Positions 46,516 to 54,541 of a stretch of 64,000 nucleotides of DNA are shown in pieces. The stretch lies in assembly GCA_016715075.1 (NCBI GenBank), contig JADKBK010000005.1:20541-84540 (forward strand), given 5' to 3'. This stretch comes from Bacteroidales bacterium. Lineage in GTDB: Bacteria; Bacteroidota; Bacteroidia; Bacteroidales; VadinHA17. Made by a program: the position numbers and the translations under genes. Each line of letters opens with the position of its first letter. Position 1 is the stretch's first letter. The notes under the pieces are model-generated. The model was given only the letters and a program-made list of their open reading frames with translations, had not been told where the DNA came from and made no database searches.

Positions 46516-46586
46516 TACCATGGATTACTCGGAGATTTTTTTTACCACGGATTACATGGAGGACACGGAGTAAGCACGGAAAAAAA
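46516..46586. repeat. Left arm of the GxxExxY cassette (CGGAG/CACGGA boxes)
   Basis: ttaccatggattactcggag and tttaccacggattacatggaggacacggagtaagcacgga. accacggatta (46544-46554) is the exact reverse complement of taatccgtggt (46816-46826). Confidence 0.7.
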
Positions 46587-46658
46587 CCCTGAATCAATTT
46601 ATGCCCGGAAAAATAAAAAATCGTAATTCTATTAGTCGTCTCGCTAAAAACTAATAAT

Positions 46659-46797
46659 ATGGAACTACTGTACAGGGAATGAACTGGTACAATCGTGGAC
46701 TGTGCTGTTAACGTTCATAGATTTTTAGGGCCCGGGCTTCTGGAATCAGCGTATGAAGAGTGACTTCAATATAAGTTATACGAATATGTATTAAAAA
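46659..46797 (+). pseudogene. Remnant of a GxxExxY-family protein gene (N-terminal ~45 codons, two in-frame TGA)
   Basis: MELLYRE*TGTIVDCAVNVHRFLGPGLLESAYEE*LQYKLYEYVLK contains the family-defining G-LL-E-SA-Y motif. The ~80 C-terminal residues are absent and the reading frame runs into the right repeat arm. Confidence 0.65.
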
Positions 46798-46798
46798 C

Positions 46799-46840
46799 TT
46801 TCCGTGCTCTCCGTGTAATCCGTGGTTAAATAAAAGAATT
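46799..46840. repeat. Right arm plus conserved tail of the GxxExxY cassette
   Basis: ttccgtg, ctctccgtg, taatccgtggttaaataaaagaatt. The tail is near-identical to ccagtggctaaataaaagaat at 61707-61727. Confidence 0.7.
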
Positions 46841-46841
46841 A

Positions 46842-47270
46842 CTATAAGAATTCACTTTTTAATTTATGATTGCATTTCAGGCAAGTATCCCTGTGTATAC
46901 TCAGATTTGCCCCGCAGTTAGGACAACTCCATTTCATTACCTCATTGGCAAGGAAGGACTCCATTCCGTTTTCCCCTATCGTTTCAAGGTTCCCTATCAG
47001 GCTTGTATGGTATCTTGTCCTGTATCTTTTATCCAGCTGCTTCATCCTCGTGCAAGGGAATTTCTGGCAATCAATGCATAATTTTGACTCTGTTTTTGCC
47101 AGGTTCTCACAGTTCTTAATTCTGCAGCTCATCCTTGATTTCGGAATATTCAGATCTGCATGGCGACATCCGTGACATCTGTTTTTATCTCTTAAATAAG
47201 CTAAACATGTTCCGCAGTTTATTCCGCAGGGTGCTATCAGCTCCTCTGTAAACTTAATCAGCTGTTCCAT
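46842..47270 (-). CDS. Cys-rich DUF3795-like protein
   Basis: CGINCGTCLAYL..NRCHGC, plus further CxxC pairs (CIDCQKFPC, CPNCG, CLKC). 142 aa. Confidence 0.5.
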   Translation of the reverse strand: MEQLIKFTEELIAPCGINCGTCLAYLRDKNRCHGCRHADLNIPKSRMSCRIKNCENLAKTESKLCIDCQKFPCTRMKQLDKRYRTRYHTSLIGNLETIGENGMESFLANEVMKWSCPNCGANLSIHRDTCLKCNHKLKSEFL

Positions 47271-47758
47271 CAGAGTCGCGCTTGCATGTTAACAAGATCA
47301 TCTATTTCTGATAGATGCAGTTTCAGATGTCTTACGAAATCTATTACCATATCCCGGAGGGTTATATTATGTTCAGGACCGGCAATCCATTCATTTTCCA
47401 GTTTGCTGTCATCAATGTTTCCAATCACATGACAGAGATGGAGCAGGGAATATTTCCAGAGCTGGACCATATTTGTCCATTCTTCATTCTGGTAATCCTG
47501 TATTACTATCCACCGGTCATTATTACCATTTGATGCATAATTCGGATATACAAGAGGAGAAGGGAGGTTCTGGAGATGTACTATCCGGTGGATATTATTC
47601 GATGTTGAATCGATCATGTGACCCAGTATCTGTTTGATTGTCCGGTTCTGTGAATTCCTGCGGTGAGTGATTACCTCTTCAGGCAGTGACACCAGAGCAT
47701 ATTCCCGGCTCTGAACCAGGGAGATTATTTCATTAATTATTGCTGTGTGTTTTGACAT
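47270..47758 (-). CDS. DinB-superfamily (four-helix, His-rich) protein
   Basis: ILGHMIDSTSNNIHRIVHL and a C-terminal H (FVRHLKLH) fit the DinB/YfiT-like metal triad pattern. Weak call. Confidence 0.4.
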   Translation of the reverse strand: MSKHTAIINEIISLVQSREYALVSLPEEVITHRRNSQNRTIKQILGHMIDSTSNNIHRIVHLQNLPSPLVYPNYASNGNNDRWIVIQDYQNEEWTNMVQLWKYSLLHLCHVIGNIDDSKLENEWIAGPEHNITLRDMVIDFVRHLKLHLSEIDDLVNMQARL

Positions 47759-47828
47759 GTTTCAGATTAAAGTTGTTAATATTCGGGGATTGTGTGGATT
47801 ATAGCAGTATTGTTTGGTTATAATTGTT

Positions 47829-49172
47829 TTACAGGTTAAGATCTTTTATATACCTGTAAACAGTTGCCCTGCTGATACCAAGTTTCTTGGCAGCAATAGT
47901 CGGGTTGAAGTTGTATCGGATCAGACACTCCCTGACATATTCAAGTATGCGATCATTAAGTGTCATTTCGTCGGTTTTCATAATTTCAGCTGAGGAGACA
48001 GGTCTGAAATTAATATGGGCGGCGTCTATCTTATCATCATCGCATAGTATTGTGGCGAGTTCAATAGTGGTTTTGAGTTCCCTGATATTACCGGGCCAGG
48101 GATAAGATAGTAGTTTTTTAACGGCTGCTTCAGTAAAAACAGCTTTTGTCTTTTGATTCTCCTGTCTGAAAGTATCCGCAAAATGTTTTGACAGCAGGAT
48201 AATATCATTTCCTCTTTCTCTGAGCGGAGCAAGGTGAATGGGAAACCCCATTATCCTGTAAAAGAGATCCGACCGGAAGAGGCCCTTCTTAACTTCATCA
48301 GAGAGATCTTTATTTGTTGCTGTAATAACTCTTACATCTATCTTAATATCCTTTTTACCGCCAAGCCGTCTGACCTCTCTCTCCTGAAGGACCCTAAGCA
48401 GCCTGGTCTGCATATGAAGTTCCATATCAGCAATCTCATCGAGGAATATTGTACCTGTGTCTGCCTCCTCAAAAAGGCCGGATTTTCGTTCAGAGGCACC
48501 GGTAAATGCCCCTTTTTCATATCCGAAGAGTTCACTTTCAATCAACTCCTTGGGAATAGCTCCCATATTTACTGCTACGAATGGATTATTTTTTCTGTTT
48601 GAATGATAATGAATTGCTTTGGCGACCAGCTCCTTTCCCGTGCCTGTCTCTCCTGTAATTGAAACTGTGATATTTGAACCGGCAGCTTTCTCCATCAGAC
48701 TGAAAGTCTCCTTCACTCTGCCGCTCGAGCCTAAAATTACATTGGAAAAGTCATATTTTCTTTCGACCTCTTTCCTCAGTCTGTTATTCTCCTCCCTGAG
48801 AAAAAGATTTTGGCGCAACAATATTACTGAATGCCACAAGCGGTCTGCCGTATTCTCATCCTTAACAATATAATCATAAGCCCCGTCCTTTAGAAGCTCA
48901 ATTGCTGTATTTATGTCCTTTTGTCCCGAGATAATTATAACAGCACCTCCCTGGCCGCTGGCAATTAGTTTTTCAAATAATTCCCTGCCCGACATATCAG
49001 GAAGGTTATAATCTATAGTAATAATATCAGGATTTTTGTAAAGGTTATTGAGACAATCGGTCCCATTGGAAAATGACTCAACCTGAAAATCAGGATTCAG
49101 GGTAAGATGGTAATAAAGGAATTCAGAATAGAGAGGGTCATCCTCAACAAGGAAAATTGTGAATTGCCCCAT
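47829..49172 (-). CDS. Sigma-54-dependent response regulator (NtrC family: REC + AAA+ + Fis-type HTH)
   Basis: REC domain (LVEDDP...ITIDYNLPDMSG). AAA+ domain with GETGTGKE Walker A, GAFTGA-like EKGAFTGA, and DEIADM Walker B. C-terminal HTH AAKKLGISRATVYRYIK. Confidence 0.9.
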   Translation of the reverse strand: MGQFTIFLVEDDPLYSEFLYYHLTLNPDFQVESFSNGTDCLNNLYKNPDIITIDYNLPDMSGRELFEKLIASGQGGAVIIISGQKDINTAIELLKDGAYDYIVKDENTADRLWHSVILLRQNLFLREENNRLRKEVERKYDFSNVILGSSGRVKETFSLMEKAAGSNITVSITGETGTGKELVAKAIHYHSNRKNNPFVAVNMGAIPKELIESELFGYEKGAFTGASERKSGLFEEADTGTIFLDEIADMELHMQTRLLRVLQEREVRRLGGKKDIKIDVRVITATNKDLSDEVKKGLFRSDLFYRIMGFPIHLAPLRERGNDIILLSKHFADTFRQENQKTKAVFTEAAVKKLLSYPWPGNIRELKTTIELATILCDDDKIDAAHINFRPVSSAEIMKTDEMTLNDRILEYVRECLIRYNFNPTIAAKKLGISRATVYRYIKDLNL

Positions 49173-49413
49173 TGATCGTTTTACCTTATTTCAAGTATAA
49201 AGTTAACCAATTCATATCTATTTATACCTGTTGTAATATTTTTTTAATGACAGAAATTCCTTCTTTGTTTTAAGATCATCGCAGTTTAACTTGTTGTCAG
49301 GCCTAATCCTGTTCTGTTAGAAGTGTATAGTTCTGAGACAAATTATCTCATGTTTGTACAATCAGGTAAAACCTTTTGTTTTTAAATAGCACATAATGAA
49401 TCTGTTATGATAA

Positions 49414-49429
49414 TGGCACGGTAGTAGTA
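49414..49429 (+). promoter_or_regulatory. Candidate sigma-54 (-24/-12) promoter for the LruC-domain gene
   Basis: TGGCACG gtag TAGT. The -24 half matches the TGGCACG consensus exactly. The -12 half (TAGT versus TTGC) is a poor match. It lies about 40 nt upstream of ATG 49471 and is divergent from the sigma-54 activator gene. Confidence 0.3.
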
Positions 49430-49470
49430 TAATAGATAATTGTAAAAAAAATAGTCTAAATAAAAATAAA

Positions 49471-51525
49471 ATGAAAACAGACATAATCAAAAAGAATTTA
49501 GTTGAATTTCTTCTTATTGGATCCCTTCCTTTCCTTGGTTCCTGTAATAAGAGTTTTGACAACCTTTCTTCAAAAAACACAAATGTGCTGAATATGGATG
49601 TCAGTCCGACTTTTAAATTCAGAACTACCAAGTTGGTAAAGCTGGAAATAGCAGCTCTGGATAACGTCGGAGGAGCTGTACCCGGAATCAGATTTGACGT
49701 ATATACTTCTAATCCTGACAAGGGTGGACTGTTGATAATGAGCGGGGTAACAGACAAAAACGGAATTCTCGCAACTGAGCTAAAGTTACCGGCTGATGCA
49801 GATTCGCTGTCAGTGGGCACAAAGTCTATAGGGTTCTTAACGTTACAGGAAATTCCTATAGAAGCAGGTACTGCAGGTTGTGTCTTCGGTGGGAAGCTGG
49901 TTAATTCGGGGCTCAAAGGTCAGGAAGTAAAAACTGCGATGTCTCTTGGTAAAGGAACTACTGTTTTTCAGCCATTAGGTCCATACACTACTTTAGGAGT
50001 TCCTACTGAACTTGTCAAGCCTGATGATATTATTGATGTTTCCTTTCTGACAGATTTAAATAACCTGCTTCCTGAAAAGATATCTCTTCCTTCAACCCAT
50101 CCCCAGTATTTCTTTGATTCAAATCAGTCTGATATAATCCTTAATTCTGCATCAGACTTATGGATGACGTTTGTCAGTGAAGGATCAGGAACGTCTAATA
50201 CCCTGGCTTTTTACAAATTCAGGGAAGGCAAACCACCTGTTCTGGCCACTGATATCGATACACTTTTTATAGTATTCCCGAATATCAGATTTTCCGGCCA
50301 TAACGGAGGTCTTGTTTCGGGAAATAAAGTTTTCCTCGGATCCTTTCCTAAGGGAACAGGTATAGGCTTTGCCATGATAACGAATGGATGGAATGGCAAG
50401 TCACTTTCTAAAGGGATTAACACGTTCTATACCGACAAGATGCTGAATCCGGAGAAAGATGTTGCCCTGAGAAATCACGCAGTGCTTCTTAATGATTCCG
50501 GGAGAGGAAGATACCTGCTTTCATTCGAGGAGAAAATCCGTAACTCTGGCGGAGGAGCTGATGATGATTTCAATGACGCAATATTCTATGTGACCGCAAA
50601 CCCTGTCAAGGCAGTGAATCCTGAAAATGTTATTGTTACGGAATATGCAACACACGATGCAGATAATGATGGTATTACTGATGTTTTTGATGATTATCCT
50701 AAAGATCCGGAGAAAGCTTTCAACAACTACTATCCTTCCAAAGGGAGTGTTGGTACACTGGCTTTTGAAGATTCATGGCCTGAAAGTGGCGATTATGACC
50801 TTAATGATATGGTTCTCGATTATAACTTCAACAGGATAACCAATGCTAATAATATGGTTGTCTCGGTAGAAGCAAGTGTTATAGTTAAGGCTCTGGGCGC
50901 CAATTATCACAGCGGATTCGGTTTACAGTTGCCGGTAGGTCCTGAGTATATTTCAGGGGTGAAAGGTAATGATGTAAGGAGATCTCTGTCCGGTGAAAAC
51001 CCTAATGGCACTGAGGCAGGTCAGTCAAAAGCCACTGTTTTATTTTTCGATGATGCATTCAATGAATTACCTTATCCAGGTGGTAAGATAATTGGAGTGA
51101 ATACAACAATGGACGCTGAATATGTTACTCCGGATACAATGGTGGTCACCATTGATCTTACCAAGCCGCTTAATATGAGTGATCTGGGTGTTCCTCCCTA
51201 TAATTCATTTATAATGATTGGCGGCGACAGATCGAGAGAAGAGCATCTAATAGATAATAGTCCCACGGACCTTGCTGATCCATCACTTTTTACTACCGGT
51301 GCAGACGACAGCAAACCTGGTTCCGGCCGTTATTATGTTACAGCACAGAATTTGCCTTTCGCAATTGATATTGCCGGCCCTTTCGATTACCCTGTAGAAA
51401 AAGTTTCAATAACGAAGGCCCATCTGAAATTCTTTGAATGGGCACAGTCAGGCGGTACTTTGTATCTCGACTGGTACAAAACAGCGGCAGGTTACAGGGA
51501 TGATCAAAATATTTATACACACTAA
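49471..51525 (+). CDS. LruC-domain (DUF4842) protein, secreted/lipoprotein
   Basis: Lipobox-like LPFLGSC. DDDFNDAIFYV and SGDYDLNDMVLDYNFN are the LruC-domain signature blocks. DADNDGITDVFDDYPKDPE is a thrombospondin type-3-like calcium-binding motif. Confidence 0.7.
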   Translation: MKTDIIKKNLVEFLLIGSLPFLGSCNKSFDNLSSKNTNVLNMDVSPTFKFRTTKLVKLEIAALDNVGGAVPGIRFDVYTSNPDKGGLLIMSGVTDKNGILATELKLPADADSLSVGTKSIGFLTLQEIPIEAGTAGCVFGGKLVNSGLKGQEVKTAMSLGKGTTVFQPLGPYTTLGVPTELVKPDDIIDVSFLTDLNNLLPEKISLPSTHPQYFFDSNQSDIILNSASDLWMTFVSEGSGTSNTLAFYKFREGKPPVLATDIDTLFIVFPNIRFSGHNGGLVSGNKVFLGSFPKGTGIGFAMITNGWNGKSLSKGINTFYTDKMLNPEKDVALRNHAVLLNDSGRGRYLLSFEEKIRNSGGGADDDFNDAIFYVTANPVKAVNPENVIVTEYATHDADNDGITDVFDDYPKDPEKAFNNYYPSKGSVGTLAFEDSWPESGDYDLNDMVLDYNFNRITNANNMVVSVEASVIVKALGANYHSGFGLQLPVGPEYISGVKGNDVRRSLSGENPNGTEAGQSKATVLFFDDAFNELPYPGGKIIGVNTTMDAEYVTPDTMVVTIDLTKPLNMSDLGVPPYNSFIMIGGDRSREEHLIDNSPTDLADPSLFTTGADDSKPGSGRYYVTAQNLPFAIDIAGPFDYPVEKVSITKAHLKFFEWAQSGGTLYLDWYKTAAGYRDDQNIYTH

Positions 51526-51548
51526 GAGTCTTTTGTCCGGTTTACCTG

Positions 51549-51595
51549 GCTTCACAGTCTGTCTGTAAAACGACACGGCTGTGAAGTTTTTTTTT
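51549..51595 (+). terminator. Rho-independent terminator after the LruC-domain gene
   Basis: gcttcacag (51549-51557) pairs with ctgtgaag (51579-51586), followed by T9 (51587-51595). Confidence 0.6.
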
Positions 51596-51659
51596 AAGAC
51601 AATTCAGGGATTCATTATATTTGAAATGGTTTTAACATTCTACCATCAATAATAATCCG

Positions 51660-53372
51660 ATGAAAGTATTCATAAAGTGCATGATGACAATTTCTGTCCT
51701 GTCATTGATAATTTTCTCCGGGACTCGCTCTTTATACGCTATCCAGGATCCTTCCAGACCATCAAAAACGCAATATCTGTGGCATGAGCAGGAGAGGATA
51801 ATGTTCGTATGTCTGGATCCATGTACATGGCAGGGTAGGGAATATGACAACCATACGACTCCGCTATCGGGAATAAACCCTGCGAGGTTGAATACTGACC
51901 AGTGGTGTGAGACAGCAAAATCATGGGGAGCCAGGGAAATCCTCTATGTGGCGAAACATACGGGTGGATTCTGCTGGTGGCAGACACAGACGTCGGAATA
52001 TAGTATACGTAATACCCCGTATAAAGGGGGCAGGGGAGATGTGCTCAGAGAGCTTTCAGAATCATGCAGAAAATATGGGCTTAATCTTGGCATATATGTT
52101 TACCCTGGTGATGATACCTGGGGTGCCGGAATAGGCAGCGGAGGAAGGACAGCCGATCCGTCAAGGCAGGAGGGTTATAACAGGGTTTTCAGGCAGCAGC
52201 TGACCGAAGTCCTGTCAGAATACGGCCATATTACCGAAGTGTGGTTCGACGGCAGCTGCATAATTGATGTAAATGATATTCTTGATAAATACGCCTCAGG
52301 TTCTGTAATCCTTCAGGGTCCCAAAGCCAGCCTGCGATGGCCGGGCACAGAGTCTGGGAAATTGTTTTATCCGGCATGGAATACATTGAAGAAAAGCGCT
52401 CTTGATTCAGGTATATCGACCCAGTACGACGATGATCCGGATGGGGACGCCTGGGCCCCGCTGGAAGCAGATGTAACGCTCTACAACCATAACTGGTTCT
52501 GGTCGCCTGAGAATGAGAAAAAGAGGCGCAGCCTTGGTGAGCTGATGGGTATCTATTATAAATCAGCAGGATACGGAGGTGTATTATTGCTCAACTCCAC
52601 CCCTGATACCACAGGTTTAATCCCTTCAGCAGATGTAAAACTGTATTCCGAATTCGGGAAAGAGATTAGCCGCAGGTTTGATACACCACTGACTTCTATA
52701 AGAGATACAGCAGGTGTTGATCTTGAAATCAGGATGAATACTCCTGTCAGGGTCAACCATGTGATACTTATGGAAGACTACAGGGAGGGGCATCATATCA
52801 GGGAATATCAGATTGAGGGACTTCAGGGAAGTGAATGGAAATTACTTGCTCAGGGAAGTGCCGTAGGAAGAATGAAGATAGAACCGTTTCAGACCGTCGA
52901 AGTCTCAGCAGTGCGTCTTAAAATAAAGAAATATTCAGCCAGGCCTCTGATACGCTCTTTTGCTGTATACAATGTAGCTGATTATAATTACAGTCCTGAT
53001 CCTTATACTGAAAATGAATGGAAGCAATGTGGCTCCTGGGATACTAAATCGTTCAAAAACAAAACGGGAAGGATTACAATTGATCTCAGTCGATTTATTA
53101 CCAAACCCGGACAATATGAGGTAGTTTTTACATCATCTGTTGTTATAACGGGGATGAAGGTCACAAATGCAGAGATCTTCTTTGATAATGACAAACTCAC
53201 TCAGCAGTCATTTCTTAAACGTATTAATGATTCAAATGGCTTTTACATTAACCGGACAGCCCAGGTAGCTGAAGGGAGCAGTTCCATCCTGGAGGTTGAG
53301 ATGAGCTCCGATAATGCCGTCTTTCAGAACAGGGGCGAGATTAAGATCAGGGAGAGAGGCGCTGGAGACTGA
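51660..53372 (+). CDS. GH29-like alpha-L-fucosidase with C-terminal F5/8 type C-like domain
   Basis: Signal peptide. FNPARLNTDQWCETAKSWGAREILYVAKHTGGFCWWQT, RGDVLRELSESCRKYGLNLGIYV and ITEVWFDGS follow the GH29 pattern. The C-terminal REYQIEGLQGSEWKLL...VRLKI looks discoidin-like. Confidence 0.7.
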   Translation: MKVFIKCMMTISVLSLIIFSGTRSLYAIQDPSRPSKTQYLWHEQERIMFVCLDPCTWQGREYDNHTTPLSGINPARLNTDQWCETAKSWGAREILYVAKHTGGFCWWQTQTSEYSIRNTPYKGGRGDVLRELSESCRKYGLNLGIYVYPGDDTWGAGIGSGGRTADPSRQEGYNRVFRQQLTEVLSEYGHITEVWFDGSCIIDVNDILDKYASGSVILQGPKASLRWPGTESGKLFYPAWNTLKKSALDSGISTQYDDDPDGDAWAPLEADVTLYNHNWFWSPENEKKRRSLGELMGIYYKSAGYGGVLLLNSTPDTTGLIPSADVKLYSEFGKEISRRFDTPLTSIRDTAGVDLEIRMNTPVRVNHVILMEDYREGHHIREYQIEGLQGSEWKLLAQGSAVGRMKIEPFQTVEVSAVRLKIKKYSARPLIRSFAVYNVADYNYSPDPYTENEWKQCGSWDTKSFKNKTGRITIDLSRFITKPGQYEVVFTSSVVITGMKVTNAEIFFDNDKLTQQSFLKRINDSNGFYINRTAQVAEGSSSILEVEMSSDNAVFQNRGEIKIRERGAGD

Positions 53373-53396
53373 GAAGTTTTGGAGGATTTGAGAGAA

Positions 53397-53478
53397 GAGA
53401 TATGAGATATGAGATGAGTGAGATGAGATATGAGATATGAGATATGAGATATGAGATGTGAGATGTGAGATGTGAGGG
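53397..53478. repeat. Heptamer tandem array, about 12 x GAGAT(A/G)T with two irregular units
   Basis: Read directly. It is followed by a single inverse unit (gatatctcc, 53478-53486). It lies between the GH29 stop and the CDF start. Confidence 0.9.
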
Positions 53479-53501
53479 ATATCTCCATTGTGGGAGAAAA
53501 A

Positions 53502-54455
53502 ATGAACTTACTGCTTATTGCGATTGTTGAAGTATTTGAAAATATGGGAATGGAGAATTCACATCATCAAGGTTTGACAGGATCTCAGACTAAAGTGAAT
53601 AATGCTTATATAATAGGCATTTCACTGAACTTTATTTTTGTTGTTATAGAGGCGACTGTCGGGCTTGTTGTAAATTCTCTGTCATTGCTTTCGGATGCCG
53701 GACACAATCTGGCAGACGTAGTGGCTCTGGCACTATCATTACTTGCTTTCAGGCTGATGAAGATCAGATCAAATGAAAAATATACTTATGGCTATCGCAA
53801 AACATCAATTCTTGTAGCTCTTTTAAATACAATGTTCCTGCTGGTTTCAATCGGAGCGATAATGTATGAAGCTGTTCACCGGATTTTTAATCCTAATCCG
53901 ACATCAGGCAGCACAATAGCCATTGTAGCAGCTGTTGGTATAGTGATCAACAGCGTAACTGCACTGATGTTTCTGAGCAACAAGGATAAAGACATAAATA
54001 TCAAAAGCGCATACCTCCATTTAATGAATGATGCCCTCATTTCAGCGGGAATCGTAGCCGGTGGCATCATTATTTATTTCACAAACTGGTTCTGGATTGA
54101 CAGCACAATAAGTATTGTAGTTGTAATAGTTATCCTCATCAGTGCCTGGAAGCTGCTCAGATCGAGTCTGCGATTGTCTCTGGACGGTGTCCCAGGATAT
54201 ATCAGCATGGAGGATATAATAGCCACTGCCACCGGAATTGAAGGAGTGAAGGGGATACATCATATTCATATCTGGGCAATCAGCACTACGGAAAATGCAC
54301 TGACTGCACATCTGGTCATGCAGCCTTATACAAACAGCGAGGATGAACAAAGAATAAAAAATGATCTGAAACATCAGCTCGAAATAAAAAATATCCATCA
54401 TGTTACCCTTGAAACCGAAAAAGGTGATATTGATTGTGAAACTATCACCTGTTGA
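53502..54455 (+). CDS. Cation diffusion facilitator (CzcD-like) metal efflux transporter
   Basis: LLSDAGHNLADV and HLMNDAL (HxxxD motifs of TM2/TM5), six TM segments, and a C-terminal cytoplasmic domain (HHIHIWAIS). I prefer ATG 53502 or 53544 over the repeat-embedded GTG 53472 of the ORF track. Confidence 0.85.
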   Translation: MNLLLIAIVEVFENMGMENSHHQGLTGSQTKVNNAYIIGISLNFIFVVIEATVGLVVNSLSLLSDAGHNLADVVALALSLLAFRLMKIRSNEKYTYGYRKTSILVALLNTMFLLVSIGAIMYEAVHRIFNPNPTSGSTIAIVAAVGIVINSVTALMFLSNKDKDINIKSAYLHLMNDALISAGIVAGGIIIYFTNWFWIDSTISIVVVIVILISAWKLLRSSLRLSLDGVPGYISMEDIIATATGIEGVKGIHHIHIWAISTTENALTAHLVMQPYTNSEDEQRIKNDLKHQLEIKNIHHVTLETEKGDIDCETITC

Positions 54456-54541
54456 ATTATTTTCGGACTATTCTGTGAATCGCATTGGCATATTATTTAC
54501 TTTCATACAATTTCTTTACTTTTCATGTAAATTTCAATGTT

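Noticed and set aside
46680-46763. Two in-frame TGA codons in the GxxExxY remnant as evidence of TGA recoding (Trp/Gly/Sec).
   Set aside because: TGA clearly terminates many well-supported genes in the window (for example at 2491, 21410 and 36198). The remnant also lacks two thirds of the protein. Pseudogene decay is the simpler explanation.
53472-53501. GTG 53472 as the start of the CDF transporter, as in the ORF track.
   Set aside because: That start lies inside the heptamer array and adds a non-homologous extension. ATG 53502 or ATG 53544 (MGMENSHHQG...) fits CDF N-termini better.
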